From: Cylindrospermopsis raciborskii Cr2010
Lineage (GTDB): Bacteria > Cyanobacteriota > Cyanobacteriia > Cyanobacteriales > Nostocaceae
Reading direction: 5' to 3'
DNA length: 32,000 nt
NCBI RefSeq assembly: GCF_003367075.2
Contig: NZ_CP065936.1
Coordinates: forward strand, 1,710,001 to 1,742,000
The notes beneath the pieces are model-generated. The model was not told the DNA's origin. It made no database searches and saw only the letters and a program-made list of their open reading frames with translations. A program made the translations under genes and the position numbers. Position 1 is the first letter of the stretch. Every line of letters begins with the position of its first letter. Positions 7,414 through 15,712 of this stretch are shown one piece after another.

Positions 7414-8910
7414 ATGTCAACTTATATAATTGGAATTGGTGGTACTGGGGCTAAATCCATTGAAGCAATCATTCAATTAACCTCCATTGGGCTCTTTGGG
7501 GAAGAGTCCCTAAAGTTATTGTTTGTGGACACTGATGAAACCAATGGGAATGTCAACAGAGCTTTAGAGAGTTTAGACATATATAATAAATGTTATGAAC
7601 TGGGTTTACAAGGTAAACACCCGTGGATGAAAACAGCGATTCAATCCTTGCCTGTATGGTCACCATTTGCTGATAATGACAATGTTACCAACAAAAACCT
7701 GGCAGTTATTTTTAAATACAATCTGATTAAAGAAAATGATGCACCTCTAGGTAACTTGTTTGATGTACTTTATACATCAAAAGAGCGAGAAGCCAGCTTG
7801 GATGTGGGTTTTAGGGGAAGACCTAGCATTGGGGCGGCGGTGATGAGCCAAGTAAGAATGGATACTGCTGATAATGGTTTTTGGGGAAATTTGATGGGGC
7901 AAATTCAACGGGATGCTGGGGGAGGAAGGCGACCAAAAATCTTTTTATGTGGTTCAATTTTTGGCGGAACAGGAGCTTCAGGACTACCAACCATTGGCAG
8001 ATTAATTCATAATAGACTGGAAACACTAAAAATTAGGGATAACGTAGATTTAGGTTGTCTATTTGTCTTACCTTATTTCAGCTTTACGCCTGAAGAGAAT
8101 CCAGAGGAAGTTTATGCTCGTTCTGAACAGTTTCTTTTAAATACAGAGGCGGCACTCCGTTATTATGGCGGTCAACCTCAGGAAACATTTGACGTAGTCT
8201 ATCTATTGGGCAATCAACAATTATCCCCAGTTAGGAAATTTAGTATAGGTAAAAACACTCAATGTAATGATCCTCACTTTATTGAACTCTATGCTGCATT
8301 GGCTGGGAGAGAATTTTTATTAAACCCCCTAACGGGTGAAAAAAAAGTGGTGTTAATGAACCGAGAAAATCCAAAAATCCTAAACTGGGGGGATATTCCA
8401 GACGATGAGAAAGTACGTGCAGAAATGTTGAAAGCCACCCGTTTTGCCTTTGCTTGGTTATCTAATATTGCCCCAGAATTAAAAAAAGCTAAGGACCTGG
8501 GAGAAAAGGAATTTAGACATCGTGCTGGTACGAGTTGGTTTGTGAAATTCTTCCCAGCTCCCAGAGGAATTTTGGGGGGAGGTAATAAGTCAAATGTTGA
8601 TTTTAATGATGCTGAACAACAAAGAGCAATAGAAAAAATTACCGCTTGGTGTAAGGACTATTTGCGCTGGTTAGGGCATATTCATGAATCGCCAGGGGAA
8701 ACTATTCAATTATTTCACGGAGATCACCTTAGAAATTTGAACGATTATAATTTAGCAAATTTAATATTTGCACAGGCTGACCCTCGAGATAGAAATAAAA
8801 AATCTGAGGACACAATTCAGAAACTCAAAGAAAGTTTAAAACCTGAAAAAATAGACCCTCCAAATTTGGGAACTATTGGTCTAGCCAAATCTTTATATCA
8901 TGTTTGTTGA
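7414..8910 (+). CDS. Tubulin/FtsZ-superfamily-like GTPase (Tubulin_2-type), not housekeeping FtsZ
   Basis: An N-terminal glycine-rich loop IIGIGGTGAK is encoded at 7432-7455. LDVGFRGRPSIGAA sits where a T3-like loop would be. SIFGGTGASGLP is encoded at 7963-7983 and resembles the tubulin/FtsZ signature GGGTG[ST]G, with one G missing at the front and an extra Ala. Confidence 0.7.
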   Translation: MSTYIIGIGGTGAKSIEAIIQLTSIGLFGEESLKLLFVDTDETNGNVNRALESLDIYNKCYELGLQGKHPWMKTAIQSLPVWSPFADNDNVTNKNLAVIFKYNLIKENDAPLGNLFDVLYTSKEREASLDVGFRGRPSIGAAVMSQVRMDTADNGFWGNLMGQIQRDAGGGRRPKIFLCGSIFGGTGASGLPTIGRLIHNRLETLKIRDNVDLGCLFVLPYFSFTPEENPEEVYARSEQFLLNTEAALRYYGGQPQETFDVVYLLGNQQLSPVRKFSIGKNTQCNDPHFIELYAALAGREFLLNPLTGEKKVVLMNRENPKILNWGDIPDDEKVRAEMLKATRFAFAWLSNIAPELKKAKDLGEKEFRHRAGTSWFVKFFPAPRGILGGGNKSNVDFNDAEQQRAIEKITAWCKDYLRWLGHIHESPGETIQLFHGDHLRNLNDYNLANLIFAQADPRDRNKKSEDTIQKLKESLKPEKIDPPNLGTIGLAKSLYHVC

Positions 8911-8970
8911 TTAGATTCGCAGACTAAAAATGCTTGATTTAACATAATTCACAAGGTAAGTAATTTAGAT

Positions 8971-11900
8971 ATGGCTCATTTATTGTTACCCCAACTCAAA
9001 GATGATTGCGATGTTAAATCTGGAACTGCTGGTGTGTGGGATGCCCAAGCACCAACTACCTTTGATCAAGTTGGCACAAGTTTAGATTACGCGGCGCCAG
9101 GGGAAATCAAAAATATAAGTTCTGTGCCTACTATTTGGGCCCGTCCTTTATCAGTAGAAATGGCATTACATAATGATAAATATCCCATTCGGGAACAAAT
9201 TATTGTCCAGTGGCAAGGAATGTTAACAGTTTTGGCTCTAGCTGAAGTGCGGGCATTTCCTATTAAGGCTCAACCTTTAGAATTGGGAGCTAGGAAAGAT
9301 AAAAATCTTTTTGCTCGTTCTCTGTATGAGCTGTTACCAGATGACAGAAATAGTATTTACCAGCTCAATAATAATAAAAATCCCTGGGAAGATTTATATA
9401 TTTTCACCTGGAATAATAACCCTGTGGGGATGACTTCTCCCAGCACCTTAGTTGTCCCATCAGAAGAAGGTATTTGGGATGGTTTACCTTGGTGGAATCC
9501 AATTAAAATGGGATTTGAACCTGTACATGGGTATTTGAATAGCACTGAAAAAGCCCAGTTAGTTTTTTGGTTAAACAACCTCAAAGAGGAAATTGGCAGA
9601 GCTAATGATGGAGAAAGAGATAATACTAAAAAAGCAGTAAATATCATATTTGGACTAATCAATGATTTTATTCGCAGTTTGGGAGTAACATCGGGACTTG
9701 ATTTCCAATTAACCAATAATCAAACATTTTTCGATGTTTCCTTAAACAAGGGAGCTTTATGGGGACTAAATTTTCCCGTAAAGGTGCAACCAAGAGAATC
9801 TAATATTCGGGTTGTTCCTAGCATCAATAAACCCCATGTTAAACCCCTGTTAATCATCGATAGAGATATAGCTAACAGTTGGAATGAGCCATCCCAAAAT
9901 ATTTGGGTTCATGAAGGTAAAACCTTAGCTGCTTTACGCCCTGAAGATATAGAAAAATGGAATAAAAGTAGAGAAGTAATTTGTGTCAAGTCACAAGAGC
10001 TGTTTTTACCCGAATTGAAATTTATTGACCAGGGGGGAATATTACCTAATGCTCTACTTCCTGAAGGTGCCCAATCCCTAACATTTAAAAGTGCGCCTAT
10101 TACACCCTTAATTCCCATTAATCCGATTCTATTGGATTACTTTACTCCAGAATATTTATCTAGCAAAATAGTCGGGTTTCAGATCAATAGAAATGGTGGT
10201 GGCACATCCTTAGTCAAAGTTACATTAACCATACCCTTGTATGGAATTAAGGAAGGGAGAACACCTCAGAATTTCTATGTTTACAAAGAATATCCTCTTT
10301 TAGAGGAAAATATCATTTCCGAAGTTCCTGTGTTAGAAATATGGCCTAATTTCCAGGTGCAGGGATGGAAAGAATACTACGGCTTTTACTACGATGCTGG
10401 TTTAGGAGAAGAAACATTTCAAGTCAGTTTTCCTACTGCTGAAAAAACCCATAGTTTTTCAGAAAAAAATGAAATTTATCAAGTAGCTAAATTGAATGAG
10501 TTTCCATCTTTTCTTAAATGTAAAGATAATTACAAAAACACCATTGGTCTAATTTTATTACCAACTCCACAACCTATCAACCTAGGGGGTCAATGGGTAG
10601 TTGGTGTTGATTTTGGCACATCTTTTACCAATGTCTATGTCAATAAAAATGACAGATTGGTAGAACGTTTAGATCTAGAAAATCTCCACTGTCAAGTTAC
10701 TGATGTTTCTATTGATACTAGATTCCCTGCCTTATTTGAATTTTTCATTCCCGAAAATTTTATCCCTGAAGATAAGCCTTTTCCCCTTTCTACTGTGCTG
10801 ACAACTAAGGGTAAAACTAATGCTGGGGAAGACCAGGTAAGTCCAATTTTGGATGGTCGTATTTATATTCCTGATCTCCAATCGTTTGATCCTGAACAAC
10901 CATGGATAAAAACTAACCTGAAATGGACAACTACTAACCTGACCGCTAACGAACTGTTTCTCAAACATTTGGCATTGCATATTACAGCTTTAGCGGCTAA
11001 GAATGGTGTAAGAGAGATTCAATGGTCTTTATCATTCCCCTCCGCCTTTTCTTCAACAGAACAGAATAGATATATTAAGAGGTGGAGTTTATTAACTGGA
11101 GCATTAGTAGATACTACGGGAATTATCCATAAGACTCCCACAAGAGATGATCCTAATTATTTTAAGACTGAAAGTCTAGCAGTTGGACAATACTTTGCTG
11201 AACAAGAAGGATATGATTTAGTTGGTAGTACTTGTATTGATATGGGCGGTGGGACTTCAGACATTTCTATTTGGCAAGATGATCAACTGCTAGATCAGTG
11301 TTCTATTTTGTTAGCGGGTAGGGAGTTATTTTCCCAGTTTATAGAAATGAACCCTGATTTTTTGAAAAAATTAGATCCAAATATCAAAGACATTAAGGGT
11401 AAGCTCAAGGGTGCTGCTTTCTATGCTAAATTGGATGTTTGGATGCGTTTAGAATCAGCCAATTGGCTAGAAAAGAAAAGAGACAGATTTGAAGAAGATA
11501 GGGAATTTCAAGGACTTATACGTCTGATGGCAATTGGTATTTCTGGGTTATACTTCTATATAGGTCAAATTCTCTCTGTTTTGTCTCAAGAGCAAAAATA
11601 CTCTAGAGATGAAATTACATCGGTTTATATTGGTGGCAATGGCTCTCGTTTATTACACTGGTTAGCAGAAGGTGGTGAATTTAATCGCCATTCAGAAATT
11701 AATGCTTTGTTTAATAAAATGATGAGTATTGCTGCCAAATTACCTCAGACAGACCAACCCACACTTCTAAGTCAAAACCCCAAGGATGAAGCTGCTTGTG
11801 GTTTGGTTTTAAGAGAGAGAAGATTAAGAGGTTTGGGTAGGAATGATAGAGATCCGATTATTGCTGGTGAGGACTGTATTATTAATGGTCAAACTTTTGA

Positions 11901-12231
11901 CTATCACGATCGTTTAAATTTCAGAAGTGATATTAGTACATATCAAATCTCTTTCAATCAGTTGAAATTGTTTTTAAATTCCTTTCATACCAGCCTAGAT
12001 GAACTACGTATTGAGGGTGTGAAACCATTAGAAACCTACCAGGTTAAGGAAAATTTAGATGACCCAGATCCAGACTACAATGCAAAATTGTGGCGTGCAA
12101 CAGAAAGAGAATTGAGAAATGATCTTAATAGTATCCGAGGTAGTATTGAAGATATTAGGCAAGAACCACCTTTTATAATGGCATTAAAAGCTCTTTTGAG
12201 GGTTCTAGGCAAAGAATGGGCCGGAAAGTAA
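8971..12231 (+). CDS. 1086-aa protein: unrecognised N-terminal half plus C-terminal Hsp70/actin-fold (ASKHA) ATPase module
   Basis: Phosphate-1-like VVGVDFGTSFTNV (DFGTS at 10609-10623). Phosphate-2-like CIDMGGGTSDISIW (11239-11262; compare Hsp70 DLGGGTFDVS). Adenosine-motif-like VYIGGNGSRLL (11629-11646; compare Hsp70 LVGGSTRIP). The order and spacing fit the ASKHA fold. Residues 1 to about 540 carry no motif I recognise. Confidence 0.8.
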   Translation: MAHLLLPQLKDDCDVKSGTAGVWDAQAPTTFDQVGTSLDYAAPGEIKNISSVPTIWARPLSVEMALHNDKYPIREQIIVQWQGMLTVLALAEVRAFPIKAQPLELGARKDKNLFARSLYELLPDDRNSIYQLNNNKNPWEDLYIFTWNNNPVGMTSPSTLVVPSEEGIWDGLPWWNPIKMGFEPVHGYLNSTEKAQLVFWLNNLKEEIGRANDGERDNTKKAVNIIFGLINDFIRSLGVTSGLDFQLTNNQTFFDVSLNKGALWGLNFPVKVQPRESNIRVVPSINKPHVKPLLIIDRDIANSWNEPSQNIWVHEGKTLAALRPEDIEKWNKSREVICVKSQELFLPELKFIDQGGILPNALLPEGAQSLTFKSAPITPLIPINPILLDYFTPEYLSSKIVGFQINRNGGGTSLVKVTLTIPLYGIKEGRTPQNFYVYKEYPLLEENIISEVPVLEIWPNFQVQGWKEYYGFYYDAGLGEETFQVSFPTAEKTHSFSEKNEIYQVAKLNEFPSFLKCKDNYKNTIGLILLPTPQPINLGGQWVVGVDFGTSFTNVYVNKNDRLVERLDLENLHCQVTDVSIDTRFPALFEFFIPENFIPEDKPFPLSTVLTTKGKTNAGEDQVSPILDGRIYIPDLQSFDPEQPWIKTNLKWTTTNLTANELFLKHLALHITALAAKNGVREIQWSLSFPSAFSSTEQNRYIKRWSLLTGALVDTTGIIHKTPTRDDPNYFKTESLAVGQYFAEQEGYDLVGSTCIDMGGGTSDISIWQDDQLLDQCSILLAGRELFSQFIEMNPDFLKKLDPNIKDIKGKLKGAAFYAKLDVWMRLESANWLEKKRDRFEEDREFQGLIRLMAIGISGLYFYIGQILSVLSQEQKYSRDEITSVYIGGNGSRLLHWLAEGGEFNRHSEINALFNKMMSIAAKLPQTDQPTLLSQNPKDEAACGLVLRERRLRGLGRNDRDPIIAGEDCIINGQTFDYHDRLNFRSDISTYQISFNQLKLFLNSFHTSLDELRIEGVKPLETYQVKENLDDPDPDYNAKLWRATERELRNDLNSIRGSIEDIRQEPPFIMALKALLRVLGKEWAGK

Positions 12232-12312
12232 GACCGCAGATTACAAGTGGGCAAACTAAATTGCCCGCTCCCTTGCCCAAAGTTTATCATTTATATAATG
12301 TGGAGGTTAAAG

Positions 12313-13110
12313 ATGCAAGATTGTCCTGTATGTGGGTGGAAATATAACAAGTATAATATAAGTATAGAAACAGGTGAGTTTTGTCCACAATGTGGTTGGC
12401 ATTTGTTCCCAGCTCCTCATAATATGAGAGCAGTATCAGGTGAACTACAAACAGTAAAGTGGGCCAGAAAAACCTGGGACAGATTATCTCAATTGCAGAA
12501 GGAATGTTCACTTTTACAGGAAAGAAATCATTCATTACTAAAACAATATTTGGCAAAAATAGAGGATATCCAGGCTAATACTCAGAATTTGCCAGAAATG
12601 CTCAGTATTCTACGGCAAATTAATGAAAAAAGCCAAGAAAAAGACTCTTTCGGTAATCAAACACAAACAACTAGGCCTGGGGATTATGAGGAGGATAAAC
12701 AAGTAAGTAACTATGAAATTGATGACCCAGAAATAACTAGTTTGGTGGAGAATTATAATAATCACGCGGAATTTACAGATAAGATAGATGTTTCTGAAAC
12801 GGAAGAAAGCAAGTCTCATCGTTGGTCTGGTGGCAAAGATCCAGCAATTTTTGAGTTGAATTCCAGAGGTAGGGGAGACTATTGGATTATTGCTAATCAA
12901 TATTTGGTGCCAAAACTCAAGCATAAAATTAATCAGCACAGTTATAAAACTATATCAGTGTTATTTGATTTCCGGAATTATGACGACAATGAGCATGTAA
13001 GTTTAGATGATATGATGCTGGTTAAACCTGCTAAGGTTATCCCTATTCCTAATCAAGAAAAATGGCAATTACAAGACACTGGAATCTTAGAGTTTAAAAC
13101 ACAAATATAA
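12313..13110 (+). CDS. Zinc-ribbon protein with coiled-coil linker and C-terminal shared G-x-LEF domain (paralog 1)
   Basis: I prefer the ATG at 12313, which follows a GGAGG 7 nt upstream, over the track's GTG at 12247. CPVCGW...CPQCGW (12322-12399) gives four Cys in a zinc-ribbon arrangement. The C-terminal domain at 12730-13095 aligns with the three downstream paralogs. Confidence 0.7.
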   Translation: MQDCPVCGWKYNKYNISIETGEFCPQCGWHLFPAPHNMRAVSGELQTVKWARKTWDRLSQLQKECSLLQERNHSLLKQYLAKIEDIQANTQNLPEMLSILRQINEKSQEKDSFGNQTQTTRPGDYEEDKQVSNYEIDDPEITSLVENYNNHAEFTDKIDVSETEESKSHRWSGGKDPAIFELNSRGRGDYWIIANQYLVPKLKHKINQHSYKTISVLFDFRNYDDNEHVSLDDMMLVKPAKVIPIPNQEKWQLQDTGILEFKTQI

Positions 13111-13147
13111 GCCCAAACATAAAAATTAAAAAAACTTATAAAAAACT

Positions 13148-14578
13148 ATGAATAAACTTATGAAACACCACTTTTACCTGACCCTCACATTATCTAGTAT
13201 ATTGCTCTTGGTTTCTCCCGTTCGTGCTGTAGATGATCTGGTGCAAGATCCACCACCGGGTAATATAACTAATATTGCCATAGGTGTCAATCAGCAACAG
13301 AATATCCCAGAAAAATTTGCAGGGTTAAAAAATGCGGTAAGATCCTTCAATCGGAATTTAAAGAATTTTGTTCAAGATAAAAAAGATACTGGAAATTTGA
13401 ACTCTCGTGCGGTTCTTGCCCAAATTAATGACCTAAAGCAGGAGATTGCTACCTTACCTCAAACTCCCCTCTTATCTCCCCCGGTTGCTAGGAGTAATGC
13501 TATCCTTAAAGAACTTGACCGTGCTACCAAATACTTGGAAAATGGATTAGAACCGAAAGGAGTAACTGGAATACAAAAATATTTGGGGTTTTTTGCCAAA
13601 AAAAAAGTAAACAAAAAATATTATGGAAACTTTGGCAAAACAACACAGGAAGAAATAGAGAAATTTACTAATGCAAAAATCCAACAGTTAGAAAAGGAGA
13701 TTACAACCATTCAATCTTTGACTGGTAAAACTGGGATAAAATCAGTAGCAGTATTAAGTACTAACAGTATTAGCAATATCCCAATTTCCTCCACCAAAGT
13801 GGATCCTAAGTCAAATAATAATGAACCCAATAATAATGCGAAAGAACTCGCAGCACTCAAAAGTAGATTAGATGGAATGGAGAAAACAGCAATAATCATA
13901 GGTTTGATCTTTTTCATCGGTATTTTTGTTTGTATATATGTATTGTCTCAAATCATAGGAAATCCAGAAATGATCAAACGACTTAACAGACTTGATCAAT
14001 CTAACAATAATACTATGAAAAAGTTCAATTATTTAGAAACCCAGTTAGAGGTCATACGAGATAAGCAAAAAACTTTAATTGAGAAAATCAATAACTTAAG
14101 TAAATTAGATAGGTTTAATGGTGAGCAAGTTTCAATTCCCGAACCTCCTAAACTACCAGTAGATAAACGTTATCAATCACAAAAATTACCATTCATACCC
14201 AATAATTTGGAAAATCCTATCATTGTACTCTATAACAACAAGGCTAATGTGCTAATTGATAGAGCAATTCCAGTGTCGGAGGCTAAACTTACAGCTTATG
14301 AGCGTCGCTTGGGTCGTTATACTCAACCTGTTTTAGAGGAAACTAGACGGGGTAATTATTGGGTTATCATCGAAGGTACTGTGAACTATCTTGTTCCTAA
14401 ATTTGACATCAGAATTAATAGTCATAATTATAGTACAATATCTCTATTTTTTGAGTGTTTTAAATATGATCACAAGAGCATAAATGATTTTAAGGATTTT
14501 AGACTGATTAGTCCGGCAATAGTTTCCTCAACCGGTGACAAATGGGAGTTAGTTGAACGGGGAGAGTTGGAATTTTAA
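13148..14578 (+). CDS. Single-pass membrane protein: signal peptide, about 210-aa ectodomain, TM, coiled coil and C-terminal shared domain (paralog 2)
   Basis: The signal peptide is MNKLMKHHFYLTLTLSSILLLVSPVRA|VDD and the TM segment is AIIIGLIFFIGIFVCIYVLSQII. The shared domain at 14213-14575 ends in ERGELEF. Confidence 0.75.
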   Translation: MNKLMKHHFYLTLTLSSILLLVSPVRAVDDLVQDPPPGNITNIAIGVNQQQNIPEKFAGLKNAVRSFNRNLKNFVQDKKDTGNLNSRAVLAQINDLKQEIATLPQTPLLSPPVARSNAILKELDRATKYLENGLEPKGVTGIQKYLGFFAKKKVNKKYYGNFGKTTQEEIEKFTNAKIQQLEKEITTIQSLTGKTGIKSVAVLSTNSISNIPISSTKVDPKSNNNEPNNNAKELAALKSRLDGMEKTAIIIGLIFFIGIFVCIYVLSQIIGNPEMIKRLNRLDQSNNNTMKKFNYLETQLEVIRDKQKTLIEKINNLSKLDRFNGEQVSIPEPPKLPVDKRYQSQKLPFIPNNLENPIIVLYNNKANVLIDRAIPVSEAKLTAYERRLGRYTQPVLEETRRGNYWVIIEGTVNYLVPKFDIRINSHNYSTISLFFECFKYDHKSINDFKDFRLISPAIVSSTGDKWELVERGELEF

Positions 14579-14584
14579 CCCATA

Positions 14585-14613
14585 TTTCATACTTCAACCC
14601 AACCTACGTTCAT
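14585..14613. repeat. 3' fragment of the dispersed hairpin repeat
   Basis: TTTCATACTTCAACCCAACCTACGTTCAT is identical to the 3' portion of the copies at 18126-18215 and 22491-22575. The 5' arm (GTTGGG) is missing. Confidence 0.75.
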
Positions 14614-14684
14614 ATTATATTTAATTCCACCCACCCACTTATATATAAACCCAAACATAAAAATGACCAATATGGAACTAACTT

Positions 14685-15644
14685 ATGAAGTACCGTTTGA
14701 AGTACCATTTTTACCTCACCCTCACATTATCTAGCATATTACTGTTGTTTCCCCATGTTCGTGCTGTGGATGATTGGGTGGAATATTTTGACCTAAAGCA
14801 GCGGATTTCTACTTTAAGTAGTAAGATTATTAATAGTAATACTCCAGCACCTGAATCCTTACCCACCAAGGTAGATCCTAAGCCAAATAATAATGCGAAG
14901 GAACTTGCGGAAATTAAAAGTAGATTAGATGAAATGGAAAAAGTCATAATAATGGTGGCTGTGCTATGTTGTGCTGGTATGTTTATTTGTTTATTTGTAT
15001 TATTTCAAGTCACAGAAAATCCAAATTTGATTAAAGACTTTAACATAATTTATCGCTACCATAAGAGTAGTGTGATAAGACTCGATGCTTTGGAAAATCA
15101 ATTACAGGTGGTGCTAGTTAGACAAAAAACCTTAACGGACACAATCAATAACTTAACTAACTCGGATAAGTCTGATGGTGAGCAAGTCTCCCCAATTCCT
15201 CAGCAAATCCCACAAGAAATTCCTCAACCTAAACCACCAACAGATCAACCATATCAAACACCAAAATTAGGACCCAATATTTTTGATAATCCTATAATAG
15301 CACTGTATAATGGCAAAGTTAAGTTGCTAGCTGATATGGTAATTAGAGTATCAGAGGTTAAACTTACAGCTCGCGACCGTCGTTCTGGTCGTTACACTAG
15401 GCCTGTTTTAGAAGAAAACAGACAGGGTAATTATTGGATTATCAATCAACGAAATATGATCTATCTTGTTCCTAAATTTAACATGAGAGTTACTAGTCGT
15501 AATTATGATGCTATATCTGTGTTTTTTGAATGTATTAAATATGATCCCAATAGTAGGAAAAGTTTTAAGTTGATTAATCCAGCAATCGTTTTCTTAAAGG
15601 GTAGTAAATGGGAGCTATTTCAACGGGGAGAGTTAGAATTTTAA
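14685..15644 (+). CDS. Single-pass membrane protein, short-ectodomain paralog of the previous gene (paralog 3)
   Basis: It has the same signal peptide (HFYLTLTLSSILLLFPHVRA|VDD), the same juxtamembrane TKVDPKPNNNAKELAEIKSRLDEMEK and a TM segment VAVLCCAGMFICLFVLFQV. The shared domain at 15288-15641 ends in QRGELEF. Confidence 0.75.
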   Translation: MKYRLKYHFYLTLTLSSILLLFPHVRAVDDWVEYFDLKQRISTLSSKIINSNTPAPESLPTKVDPKPNNNAKELAEIKSRLDEMEKVIIMVAVLCCAGMFICLFVLFQVTENPNLIKDFNIIYRYHKSSVIRLDALENQLQVVLVRQKTLTDTINNLTNSDKSDGEQVSPIPQQIPQEIPQPKPPTDQPYQTPKLGPNIFDNPIIALYNGKVKLLADMVIRVSEVKLTARDRRSGRYTRPVLEENRQGNYWIINQRNMIYLVPKFNMRVTSRNYDAISVFFECIKYDPNSRKSFKLINPAIVFLKGSKWELFQRGELEF

Positions 15645-15712
15645 CCTATAATAATTTTAGCTGGTCTAATTAGTTTTAGTTACGTGGTAATTTAAATAAC
15701 TGGAGTTGGAAA

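Noticed and set aside
7432-7455. Reading GIGGTGAKS as a Walker A P-loop (GxxxxGK[ST])
   Set aside because: An Ala separates the last Gly from the Lys (GxxxxGAKS), so it does not fit the P-loop consensus. Taken together with the downstream GGTGASG loop, the tubulin/FtsZ-type interpretation fits better. Only a profile search can settle this.
7414-12231. Calling these genes housekeeping ftsZ and dnaK
   Set aside because: Lengths, flanking sequence and domain content do not fit. There is no FtsZ C-terminal domain or conserved tail, no DnaK substrate-binding domain and no EEVD-like end. The motifs are recognisable but divergent.
12247-12312. GTG start at 12247 for the zinc-ribbon gene (track ORF)
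   Set aside because: The added 22 residues (GKLNCPLPCPKFIIYIMWRLK) have no ribosome-binding site. The ATG at 12313 follows GGAGG at the optimal distance and places the CxxC at the very N-terminus. The extension is not strictly excluded.
6267-13917. Assorted short antisense ORFs inside long genes (for example 6267-6467, 6574-6768, 7823-8026, 9357-9716, 9909-10118, 10732-10980, 12075-12290, 12287-12556, 12610-12939, 13711-13917, and also 14711-14947, 18395-18583, 23194-23424, 24814-25017, 26045-26305, 28787-28972)
   Set aside because: Each is nested in, or antisense to, a much longer ORF with recognisable motifs. Such ORFs are expected by chance in AT-rich sequence.
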